Assembly: GCA_037200925.1 (NCBI GenBank)
Contig: JBBCGO010000001.1
Coordinates: 601,607 to 665,606 of the forward strand
DNA: 64,000 nt
Reading direction: 5' to 3'
From: Candidatus Doudnabacteria bacterium
GTDB taxonomy: Bacteria > Patescibacteriota > Doudnabacteria > UBA920 > O2-02-FULL-48-8
The position numbers and the translations under genes are program-made. The notes beneath the pieces were generated by a model. The model was not told the origin of the DNA. It did not search any database and saw only the letters and a list, made by a program, of their open reading frames with translations. This document shows positions 33,459 to 41,725 of this stretch, piece after piece (the stretch's first letter is position 1; every line of letters begins with the position of its first letter).

Positions 33459-34019
33459 TTAGTTCCTTAGGTTATTCGGTTTTCCCAGTTTTTTCAGATC
33501 CAGATCAAGTTTTTGGCTTAAGATCTGATCGGGAGAGCCTTCAAAAAACATTTGGTCAAAAGTAAGCTGGGCCGAAGCGCCATCAATTTTTGGAAAGACC
33601 AAAATTCCGAAGTTCTGAGTGTGTGAAAGAATTTTTTGCACGAACGGCTTGCCCTGTCTGTCCGTCATCTGGCTGGGTGCGATTGATGCGCCATTGGCGG
33701 TCAGGCTTATGTTGCTCAGGGACGAGACGTTCAAAATGTCGTCAGTTGTGTTATTAAAATTAAAGAATATTTTCAGGTTACCGGAACCGGTATCGACCCG
33801 TTCCACCGCGGCGTAATTAACTTTGGTTGAATTTGCACCTGCCGTGCTGGGCGATTTCAGCAGATCGCTGGTATCCAGATGTTTTATGCTTGACCTAAGG
33901 GTCAGGACCCACAGCCCGAATAAGATTATGGCCGCGACAACCACGCTCCCCCAGAGGATTTTTACCCGGGTATTGTACGGTTGTTTTTGCAGTTTGGTTA
34001 AAAAATCTTGAGCAGTCAT
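33459..34019 (-). CDS. hypothetical membrane-anchored protein
   Basis: N-terminal TM plus beta-rich domain; co-oriented and overlapping with neighbours. Confidence 0.65.
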   Translation of the reverse strand: MTAQDFLTKLQKQPYNTRVKILWGSVVVAAIILFGLWVLTLRSSIKHLDTSDLLKSPSTAGANSTKVNYAAVERVDTGSGNLKIFFNFNNTTDDILNVSSLSNISLTANGASIAPSQMTDRQGKPFVQKILSHTQNFGILVFPKIDGASAQLTFDQMFFEGSPDQILSQKLDLDLKKLGKPNNLRN

Positions 34020-34645
34020 CTTTGCGGCGTTAAAATGATCAGTTGGGTTTGCTCGCCTGTCAGATCTTTTTTCTTCAGGGTCAGTTTTTCTTCCTCGGTG
34101 TGCTTGCCGCCCATTTCCTGCAGAAACTTATCCAGCTTATCAAGGTTTAATGTAAGCCCCGCAGTTTTATAGCTGTGCGGAATGATAATGAACGGCTCAA
34201 GCTGGGTGGCGATCTTCGTGGCATTCTCATAGTCCAGGATCTGCTTGCCGCCGACCGGGACCAAGACAATGTCTGAGCCTTCGAGCGTTTCTTTTTGCTC
34301 GTCAGTCAGCGAAGCTTGCTTGATCGGCCCTAAAAAAGCGATCCTGATCCCTTCAACCTCTATGCTGTAGATCGTATTCTTGCCAAGTTCCTTGTTCTCA
34401 GCTTCGGTGCCGATCACAAACGCGTCTTTAATATCGTATTCCCCCGGACCGTCGATCATAAAAGGATTGCCGGAGATGGATGAAAAATTATTGCACCAGT
34501 CAAGCTCGGGATTTGTGCAAATGACAACATCAGCCGCTCCCCGCACAGCGGTGAGTCCAGTGGCTTTGCCGAACGGATCTGTAATAATGGTGATTTCACG
34601 GCCTGTGATTTTAAAGCTGGAAAGCCCAAACCAAGATATGGTCAT
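34016..34645 (-). CDS. MBL-fold metallo-hydrolase-like protein (Lactamase_B_3-like, metal His residues lost)
   Basis: ISWFGLSSFKI, ITDPF, GPGEYDIK, DIVLVPVGG, LEP.IIIP. Confidence 0.8.
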   Translation of the reverse strand: MTISWFGLSSFKITGREITIITDPFGKATGLTAVRGAADVVICTNPELDWCNNFSSISGNPFMIDGPGEYDIKDAFVIGTEAENKELGKNTIYSIEVEGIRIAFLGPIKQASLTDEQKETLEGSDIVLVPVGGKQILDYENATKIATQLEPFIIIPHSYKTAGLTLNLDKLDKFLQEMGGKHTEEEKLTLKKKDLTGEQTQLIILTPQR

Positions 34646-34852
34646 AGATAGAAGATATAATTTGGAATATAGAAATTGGAATAAAAAGGCACTCAAATGA
34701 GCCTTTAAATCCTCTATTATTTTAGCAAATTTTAGACATTTTTGGAAGCCCTAAAAGCCCTTGATTTTTGCCCGGATTTGGCTTATAATCGTAAGGCTAA
34801 GAAAGGGTTAAATCGTCGTAGCATCGAATGGTTTAACACCAACAAAATTATC

Positions 34853-35998
34853 ATGGCAAATACAGCAACCTTCACGGCAGATCCCAAGACCATGCAGGAG
34901 CTTTTGGCCCAGGAAGGCGTGGATATCAAGGTTCCCAAAGTTGGCGATGTCCTGGAAGCAAAAGTTTTGTCAGTAGGCAAAAATGAAGTTTTTGTGGACA
35001 TTGACGGGATAGGCTTAGGCGTGGTGCGGGGACGAGAGCTTTTTGACGAATCCGTCAGAGCCAGCTCCCTCAAGATCGGCGATCAGGTCATCGCTTCGGT
35101 GATAGAACCGGAGAACAAAGACGGCAATATTGAATTGTCATTCCGGGCAGCCGGCCAGGAACGCGTCTGGCAGACTTTGCAGGAGCGCTTAAAATCGCGC
35201 GAAGTGATCAAGACCAAGATCCTGGAAGCCAACAAAGGCGGGCTGATGGTGGAGGTTAATGGCGTCATCGGTTTCTTGCCGGTTTCCCAGCTTTCATCGG
35301 AACATTATCCGCGCGTGGAAGAAGGCGATAAGAATAAGATCCTGGGCGTACTCAAAAGTTATGTCGGCAAAATTTTTGACGTGCAGATCATCACTGCCGA
35401 TCCTGCGGATGAAAAATTGATAGTCTCGGAAAAAGCGGTCAGTGAAGAAGAACTGCGCTCCAAGATCGGTAAACTGCAATTGGGAGCCATAGTGGAAGGC
35501 GAAGTTTCCGGCATTGTGGACTTTGGGATATTCTTAAAGTTCGGCGAAGGCCTGGAAGGCCTGGTCCATATTTCCGAACTGGCCTGGACCCGAATTGACC
35601 ATCCGAAAGACCTGTTCCGCGTCGGCCAGAAAGTGCAAGCCCAGGTCATTTCCATTGACCGCGACCGCATCTCCCTGTCCATCAAGCGCCTGCAGCCTGA
35701 CCCGTGGGCGGAATCAATAAAAAAATACCAGGTCGGGCAGATTGTCCTCGGCAAGGTCACGAAAGTCATGTCATTCGGGGCTTTCGTGGAGCTGGACCCG
35801 GATATTTACGGTCTGGTCCACTCCGTGGAGCTTTCCAATGAAGAAGTCAAAGACCCGTCAGAATTAGTGAAGGTCGGCCAAGAGATGGAATTCAAGATAA
35901 TCTCTATTGAACCGCAGGAACACCGTCTGGGCTTGTCGCTCCGCGCAGTCGCATCCCCTGCTGAAGCACCTGAAGTTAAAGAAGAAAAAACCGCCTAA
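34853..35998 (+). CDS. rpsA: 30S ribosomal protein S1 (four S1 domains)
   Basis: NKGGL, GFLPVSQL, FG.F...G.EGLVHISEL, RISLSIK. Confidence 0.93.
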   Translation: MANTATFTADPKTMQELLAQEGVDIKVPKVGDVLEAKVLSVGKNEVFVDIDGIGLGVVRGRELFDESVRASSLKIGDQVIASVIEPENKDGNIELSFRAAGQERVWQTLQERLKSREVIKTKILEANKGGLMVEVNGVIGFLPVSQLSSEHYPRVEEGDKNKILGVLKSYVGKIFDVQIITADPADEKLIVSEKAVSEEELRSKIGKLQLGAIVEGEVSGIVDFGIFLKFGEGLEGLVHISELAWTRIDHPKDLFRVGQKVQAQVISIDRDRISLSIKRLQPDPWAESIKKYQVGQIVLGKVTKVMSFGAFVELDPDIYGLVHSVELSNEEVKDPSELVKVGQEMEFKIISIEPQEHRLGLSLRAVASPAEAPEVKEEKTA

Positions 35999-36010
35999 CG
36001 GCGGTTTTTT
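35985..36010. terminator. bidirectional intrinsic terminator
   Basis: AAAAAACCGCC-TAAC-GGCGGTTTTTT. Confidence 0.8.
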
Positions 36011-36693
36011 CATAAATTATTTTCTATTGAGACCAGATCATCGTAGACAGTCCTGTTGTTGGCCACCCAATGATCTGCCGGCGGCTGCTTGTATAGTCCG
36101 TTCATTTGTTCAAAGCTCATCTGCGCATATTTGATCGGCGAGTGCAAAGGATATTTGTTTAAAAAATGATTCATGGTGATCACTCCATCGCCAAGGTTCG
36201 TGCCCATGTTCCAAGGGCTTGTTCCCCCGACCCCCCAGCAGTTGGATGTATCAATATGGTAATGCAGGCACATGGAGCTTTCGGCGTTGGACAGCGCCAC
36301 GATCTGTTTCCAGTTGCGGAGTGTGACCAAGGTTGAGGCATATTCGGCCAAGGGAGATCTTTGCTCCTGAAGATATGTCCGGACTTTGGATGTGAGCTCC
36401 TGCTGTCTCATCGCCTGCTGGCGTATCTGCGCCTGGTAATATTGATCGCTCAGTTCCAGGGAGCGCATATCCAGATAATCATTGAAGCTGGCATCGGACA
36501 GATCAAACACCAGTAAGGGTCCTATGTCCGGCTGATTGACTTTGGTGTCTGCAGCATAGGTTACGTGGGGGATAACGGTTGTGGACAGGCTGACCAAAAG
36601 AACGATCAGGACCAGTTTATGTTTCAGGGCAAGTGTAGTGAAGCTTGCTTTCAGCTGGGGAAATTTTATTTTAAAGATTATATCAAGATCCAT
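36010..36693 (-). CDS. secreted lysozyme-like / glucosaminidase-like protein
   Basis: N-terminal TM; YL...SPLA.YA, NWK..A.SNAES.MC, NCWGVGG; paralog of 40668-41294. Confidence 0.65.
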   Translation of the reverse strand: MDLDIIFKIKFPQLKASFTTLALKHKLVLIVLLVSLSTTVIPHVTYAADTKVNQPDIGPLLVFDLSDASFNDYLDMRSLELSDQYYQAQIRQQAMRQQELTSKVRTYLQEQRSPLAEYASTLVTLRNWKQIVALSNAESSMCLHYHIDTSNCWGVGGTSPWNMGTNLGDGVITMNHFLNKYPLHSPIKYAQMSFEQMNGLYKQPPADHWVANNRTVYDDLVSIENNL

Positions 36694-36834
36694 GGGAAAT
36701 TTAGGATACCAAATTCACATAAGCAACCATATCAGAATTATGTCCAATGGTCAATCTTAGCATGTGGATTGTTTGTGGGGTAATTTATTAGTCTTTAAAA
36801 AAAGACTAAAAAAAGCTATAATATTATTAATTCA

Positions 36835-36950
36835 CGAAAAAACTGAGTCGCAGGCGCAAAGGCGCCGAGAACAGTTTTTTCGAGAGAAGCAGCTGTAGAC
36901 CGTAGCGTATTTGCGAAGCAAATCGCGAAGTGTCTACCAGACTGCGACGA
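36835..36950 (+). repeat. structured tRNA 5'-leader element (modules A+B), copy before tRNA-Cys
   Basis: CGAAAAAACTG/CAGTTTTTTCG stem enclosing AGTCGCA-hairpin-GAGAA, then nested hairpin ending GACGA; homologous copies at 57273 and 57421. Confidence 0.75.
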
Positions 36951-37024
36951 GGCGTCATGGCCGAGCGGTTAGGCAGAGGTCTGCAAAACCTTTTACACCG
37001 GTTCAACTCCGGTTGACGCCTCCA
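36951..37024 (+). tRNA. tRNA-Cys(GCA)
   Basis: Cloverleaf GGCGTCA/TGACGCC, anticodon loop CTGCAAA, GGTTCAACTCC, CCA end. Confidence 0.95.
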
Positions 37025-37029
37025 ATAAA

Positions 37030-37116
37030 GCCTGGGTGGCGGAACTGGCATACGCATGGGACTTAAAATCCCAGGCCCGCAAGGGATTGAGGGTTCGATT
37101 CCCTCCCCAGGCACCA
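37030..37116 (+). tRNA. tRNA-Leu(TAA)
   Basis: GCCTGGG/CCCAGGC, loop CTTAAAA, long variable arm, GGTTCGATTCC, CCA end. Confidence 0.95.
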
Positions 37117-37326
37117 GAAATCGGAATCGAAGGGCAGAAGTGAAGCGAAGCTGAACGTCGACGAATGCGAGCAAGCGCAGCATTCGGCGCTGCCCCGGAC
37201 AGATTCCCTCCCCAGGCACCAGAAATCGGAATCGAAGGGCAGAAGTGAAGCGAAGCTGAACGTCGACGAATGCGAGCAAGCGCAGCATTCGGCGCTGCCC
37301 CGGACAGATTCCCTCCCCAGGCACCA
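37117..37326 (+). repeat. two identical tandem 105-bp units, each ending in a copy of the tRNA-Leu 3' end
   Basis: 37117-37221 = 37222-37326; each ends GATTCCCTCCCCAGGCACCA; homolog after tRNA-Gly at 57647-57777. Confidence 0.9.
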
Positions 37327-37350
37327 GATTGATATACTATAACCATAACC

Positions 37351-39723
37351 ATGAATAAGAAAAATAAAATCTCCGCATCCAGTAAGAAAACCCTTAAGCT
37401 TAAAGTTTTAGCCAAGGAAAAGGAAGGTATCAGGCGCAGACTGGCTGTGACCGCAGGCAAACTTCGCCTTAAAGCCGAAAAACTTGCAGTGACGGCCAAA
37501 AAAAAGGAAAGCGTCAGGCGCAAGCTGGCCGTGAGGGCTAAGAGGCTTCCTATTAAAGCCGAAAAGTTGGCGGTAACAGCCAAAGAAAAGGAAAGTATCA
37601 GACGAAGGCTGGCTGTGACCGCAGAGAAACTTGCCATTACTGCCAAGGAAAAAGAAAGCATCAGGCGCAACCTGGCTGTGACCGCAAGACAACTTGCCAG
37701 AACAGCGAAAGAAAAAGAAAGCGTTCGGAACAAGCTGGTGGTAACGGCAGAGAAACTTGCTATAACAGCTAAGGAAAGAGAAAGCATCAGGCAAAATCTT
37801 GCCGTAACCGCCAAGGAAAAAGAAAGCGTTCGGAACAAGCTGGTGGTAACGGCAGAAAAGCTGGCTGTGACCGCCAAGGAAAAAGAAAGTGTGAGGCGCA
37901 ATTTGGCTGTGACCGCCAAGGAAAAAGAAAGCGTTCGGAACAAGCTGGTGGTTACTGCTAAAAAGCTCGCAATTACCGCCAAGGAAAAAGAAAGCGTTCG
38001 GAACAAGCTGGTGGTAACGGCAGAAAAGCTGGCTGTGACCGCCAAGGAAAAAGAAAGTGTGAGGCGCAATTTGGCTGTGACCGCCAAGGAAAAAGAAAGC
38101 GTTCGGAACAAGCTGGTGGTTACTGCTAAAAAGCTCGCAATTACCGCCAAGGAAAAAGAAAGCGTTCGGAACAAGCTGGTGGTAACGGCAGAGAAACTTG
38201 CTATAACAGCTAAGGAAAGAGAAAGCATCAGGCAAAATCTTGCCGTAACCGCCAAGGAAAAAGAAAGCATCAGGCGCAACCTGGCTGTGACCGCAGAGAA
38301 ACTTGCCATTACTGCCAAGGAAAAAGAAAGCATCAGACAGAACTTGGCAGTGACAGCCAAGGAAAAAGAAAGCATCAGACAGAACCTGGCTGTGACTGCC
38401 AAGGAGCTTGCCGTAACCGCCAAGGAAAAAGAAAGCATCAGACAGAACTTGGCAGTGACAGCAAAAGAAAAAGAAAGTATCAGGGAAAACCTGGCAGTGA
38501 CAGCAAAAGAAAAAGAAAGTATCAGACAGAACCTGGCTGTGACAGCAGAAAAACTGGCCGTGACTGCCATAGAAAAAGAAACAATGATCGCCAGTATCGG
38601 GGAGGGGCTTATTGCTACCGATGAAAAAGGAATTATTACCGTTATAAATAATACGGCTGAAAAACTGCTTGATATTAAAAGCGAAGAAGTTATAGGAAAA
38701 GTTTTTTCCGAAGTGATCCCTATGGAAGACGAAAAAGGAGCATCAATTCCGCCCCAAAAACGTCCTATGATCATGGCTTTGACAGCCGGTACGACTACCA
38801 GCACAACAACAGAGGGCGCAAGCTATTATTACGTGCGGAAAGACAAAACAAAATTTCCGGTCGCAATGGTGGTGACGCCTATTATTCTTGACAGCAAGGT
38901 CATCGGGACCATTGAAGTTTTCCGTGATATCACGCGGGAAAAAGAAGTTGACCGGGCTAAAAGCGAATTTGTGTCGCTTGCTTCTCATCAGCTCCGCACT
39001 CCGCCCACGAGCATGAAATGGTTTTTGGAAATGCTGCTTTCCGGTGAGGTCGGAGAATTAAACGAAAAACAGAGAGAATATTTCGAAGAGGTGTATAGGA
39101 ACAATCAGCGGATGATAACCCTTGTTAATACACTGCTTAATGTGTCGCGGATCGATCTTGGTGTGTTCGCCATTCAGCCCGAACCAACCGACGTAGTAGC
39201 CCTCACCAAGGGAATAATTGAAGAAATGAACCCGCAAATACACGAAAAAGAATTGCGCGTGAATGAAAAATATTCGAAGAACCTTCAAAAGATTTTCGTT
39301 GATCCGAAACTCATAAGCATCGCGATACAAGATGTTGTCAGCAATGCGGTGAAATATACGCCGCCGAAAGGAACTATTGATGTGGAGATCTCCTTGAAAC
39401 AAAACGGTGAGAGTATCGGAGGCCGATTGATCAAAAAAGACAGTTTGGTCGTATTTATATCGGACACCGGCTACGGTATTCCCAAAGACCAGCAGGATAA
39501 GATCTTTACCAAGCTTTTCCGCGCTGACAATGTGAAAGAAAAGGATACGGACGGGACAGGATTAGGGCTGTACCTGGCCAAGTCTATCATTGACCACGCC
39601 CAAGGGAATATTTGGTTCGAGTCTGAACTGAACAAGGGATCGAAATTCTATCTTACGATCCCGCTCGAAGGCATGAAGAAAAAAGAAGGAATAACAAAGA
39701 TCACCAGCGGTTCTACCGGTTAG
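37351..39723 (+). CDS. soluble PAS-domain sensor histidine kinase with long N-terminal heptad tandem repeats
   Basis: (LAVTAKEKESIRxN)n repeats, PAS (SIGEGLIATD..VFRDITRE), H-box SLASHQLRTP, N-box SNAVKYT, G-boxes DTGYGIP/GTGLGL; no TM. Confidence 0.93.
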   Translation: MNKKNKISASSKKTLKLKVLAKEKEGIRRRLAVTAGKLRLKAEKLAVTAKKKESVRRKLAVRAKRLPIKAEKLAVTAKEKESIRRRLAVTAEKLAITAKEKESIRRNLAVTARQLARTAKEKESVRNKLVVTAEKLAITAKERESIRQNLAVTAKEKESVRNKLVVTAEKLAVTAKEKESVRRNLAVTAKEKESVRNKLVVTAKKLAITAKEKESVRNKLVVTAEKLAVTAKEKESVRRNLAVTAKEKESVRNKLVVTAKKLAITAKEKESVRNKLVVTAEKLAITAKERESIRQNLAVTAKEKESIRRNLAVTAEKLAITAKEKESIRQNLAVTAKEKESIRQNLAVTAKELAVTAKEKESIRQNLAVTAKEKESIRENLAVTAKEKESIRQNLAVTAEKLAVTAIEKETMIASIGEGLIATDEKGIITVINNTAEKLLDIKSEEVIGKVFSEVIPMEDEKGASIPPQKRPMIMALTAGTTTSTTTEGASYYYVRKDKTKFPVAMVVTPIILDSKVIGTIEVFRDITREKEVDRAKSEFVSLASHQLRTPPTSMKWFLEMLLSGEVGELNEKQREYFEEVYRNNQRMITLVNTLLNVSRIDLGVFAIQPEPTDVVALTKGIIEEMNPQIHEKELRVNEKYSKNLQKIFVDPKLISIAIQDVVSNAVKYTPPKGTIDVEISLKQNGESIGGRLIKKDSLVVFISDTGYGIPKDQQDKIFTKLFRADNVKEKDTDGTGLGLYLAKSIIDHAQGNIWFESELNKGSKFYLTIPLEGMKKKEGITKITSGSTG
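37410..38580 (+). repeat. intragenic 21/42/63-bp tandem repeat array
   Basis: Recurrent GCCAAGGAAAAAGAAAGC core; exact 168-bp tandem duplication at ~37860 and ~38028. Confidence 0.9.
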
Positions 39724-39762
39724 GAATTCATTGACATTGCAGCTTGTGCTATAATTCAGGCT

Positions 39763-40155
39763 ATGACAGATACATCAAATAAAAAAATACTTATTGTAGA
39801 AGATGAGATGTCCCAGCGGAAAGCTCTTGTGGATAAATTTACACGGGAAGGTTTTCAGGTTGTTTCGGCCAGAGACGGCGAGGAAGGATTGAGCACCGCC
39901 CTTAAGGAAAAACCCGACCTAATTCTCCTCGACATTGTAATGCCCAAAATGGACGGCATGACCATGCTCAAAAAACTGAGGCAAGAGAACGAATGGAGCA
40001 AAACTGTTCCTGTGATAATGCTTACGAACTTAAGCGCCGATGACGATAAAATAATGAAGGGAGTCACTGAAGATCTACCTTCATATTATTTGGTGAAATC
40101 AAACTGGGCGATCAATGATGTGGTGGAAAAGGTCAAAGACCGTCTTTCTCAATAA
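39763..40155 (+). CDS. single-domain response regulator (receiver only)
   Basis: KILIVEDE, PDLILLDIVMPKMDG, MLTN, YLVK. Confidence 0.93.
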   Translation: MTDTSNKKILIVEDEMSQRKALVDKFTREGFQVVSARDGEEGLSTALKEKPDLILLDIVMPKMDGMTMLKKLRQENEWSKTVPVIMLTNLSADDDKIMKGVTEDLPSYYLVKSNWAINDVVEKVKDRLSQ

Positions 40156-40161
40156 AATTAT

Positions 40162-40629
40162 ATGCCGGAATCAGCAAGTGCTTTAGAAAATAGACCCAGC
40201 ACGGATAGTCCTGATATCATTGAAAACCAAAAAGAGCAACTGAGTCCGCTTGAGAAAAAAATAGAAGAACTCCGTGATCTGGAAGGGATCATTGGTGCTC
40301 TGGATTTGGATTATAATTTCCAGAATAGTGAATCAGATCTCGTTGTAAAAAAAGACAGTAGCGTGAAGACCCATGTCAACAAGATATTGGATCGGATCAG
40401 ACAAGGATATGAAGGTAAGTTAAAAGGTAAGGATATTGCTGAGCATATCAAGCACGTTCTTTTCGAAGGAAATTTAAAAGAACAAGATCTGACAGATAGG
40501 ATAAATAATATTTATGCCGATCTTGCAAATTTAGAGGAACGGTTGCAGTCGGCTAAAACTGAGGATGATATAAGCAATTCAATTCAACCTATTGTAGATA
40601 AATATGGAGGCCAGGACTGGCCGGAATAA
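40162..40629 (+). CDS. hypothetical acidic helical protein
   Basis: 155-aa ORF co-oriented with the response regulator, followed by a terminator. Confidence 0.6.
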   Translation: MPESASALENRPSTDSPDIIENQKEQLSPLEKKIEELRDLEGIIGALDLDYNFQNSESDLVVKKDSSVKTHVNKILDRIRQGYEGKLKGKDIAEHIKHVLFEGNLKEQDLTDRINNIYADLANLEERLQSAKTEDDISNSIQPIVDKYGGQDWPE

Positions 40630-40631
40630 TA

Positions 40632-40669
40632 AATTAAAAAAGCCCTCCGTGCGGAGGGCTTTTTTAATT
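40632..40669. terminator. bidirectional intrinsic terminator
   Basis: AAAAAAGCCCTCCG-TG-CGGAGGGCTTTTTT. Confidence 0.85.
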
Positions 40670-41294
40670 AGTTTTGCAGGGGTAATTGATTCAATTGATT
40701 TAAAATTTGGTTTACCGCCAATACCCAGTTTGCATTGGGATGCCCGACATATCGGTTCACGATTTTTTTCGGAGTGTCTGCGCCGGCCGCAATATATTTG
40801 GTGGCCAGCAGCTGGTCGACGTCTGCGAACCCTTCAGAGAAAGACTCGTAGCGTTTCAGGTTCCAAGCGCCGCCCACGCCCCAGCAATTGTTGTACATCT
40901 GATGCTTGCAGAGTGTTGATTCTCCGTTGGAAATGGCCAAAACCAATTTCCAATTGTCATTCTGTAAGATGTCAGCGGCATATGGCGCCAAAGGCGAATT
41001 TTTTTGCTCCAGATAAGTTTGTAAGATCGCGATGTTCGGATCCGGTTGTTCGGGCTGTTGGGTTTGAAGCACATCCGCAGCCTGATCGTTATTGTTCTGC
41101 ACAAGCGGAGCCAGATCAGTAAGATTGACGTTTTGTAGTGTTTGTATTTCAAGGACGAGTTTTGTGTTTTGTGTTTGGGCTGAAGCTGAGTATGGCAGTA
41201 ATGAAACCGCCGAAGTCACAATCAGTGTAGCCAAGACAAAACGGGCTGTCATTGAATATTTCCCCACGCGTTCATAATCCAGGAACCGGGTCAC
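40668..41294 (-). CDS. secreted lysozyme-like / glucosaminidase-like protein (start may be ATG 41252)
   Basis: Signal/TM; YLEQKNSPLAPYA, NWKLVLAISNGESTLC, NNCWGVGG, FSEG. Confidence 0.7.
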   Translation of the reverse strand: MTRFLDYERVGKYSMTARFVLATLIVTSAVSLLPYSASAQTQNTKLVLEIQTLQNVNLTDLAPLVQNNNDQAADVLQTQQPEQPDPNIAILQTYLEQKNSPLAPYAADILQNDNWKLVLAISNGESTLCKHQMYNNCWGVGGAWNLKRYESFSEGFADVDQLLATKYIAAGADTPKKIVNRYVGHPNANWVLAVNQILNQLNQLPLQN

Positions 41295-41419
41295 TCTGCT
41301 GAGGTTGCAATTCAGGAAAGTTCACATTGAAGTGAGGACCCAGGTATGGGCAATAAACGGTTCGGTAGACCTTTAAATATTCTTAAAGAGCTGTTGCGCG
41401 GTTTTACATAGTTTGAATT

Positions 41420-41543
41420 AGCGAGGGTGTTGCAGAAAAAAGAATTCTGAGGCCGAAGTCACATTGCCGTGACGAGGCCGAGGACTTAGGTGTAAATTTG
41501 TGACTAGCAAATTTATACCGTCTTTTTTCGCAATACCCGAGCG
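41420..41543 (+). repeat. structured non-coding element (module D), copy 1
   Basis: AGCGAGGGTGTTGCAGAAAAAAGAATT...GTCTTTTTTCGCAATACCCGAGCG; homolog on the minus strand at 63204-63300. Confidence 0.75.
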
Positions 41544-41725
41544 CCCTATGTTGCCTGCCCCCGCCTGGCACGGGGCCAGGACGGGGTACGCAACTATCAA
41601 TATTAGCAAAAAAAAGCTATTTTGTCAATAGCCGGAGGAAGAGGGCAAAAGGCCAAATTGCCCTTAATATATTGGGTATATTTGGTCAAAATAAAAAAGG
41701 TTTCTGACAAAATGTCAGAAACCTG

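Noticed and set aside
36827-37324. 165-aa ORF with an internal repeat, and similar ORFs over 57136-57895 and 63182-63412
   Set aside because: Translations of tRNA genes and their flanking repeats, not proteins.
37097-37326. CRISPR-like array (three 20-bp direct repeats)
   Set aside because: The repeat is the tRNA 3' end, the 85-bp 'spacers' are identical to each other, and no cas genes are present.
36993-38804. 603-aa hydrophobic repeat ORF (and 37408-38235) on the minus strand
   Set aside because: Antisense shadow of the kinase repeat array and tRNAs; stop-free only because of repetition.
41295-41600. c-di-AMP (ydaO) or other known riboswitch upstream of the cell-wall-hydrolase-like gene
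   Set aside because: I could not find the consensus motifs, and the structured element there folds better on the opposite strand; reported as an unknown element instead.
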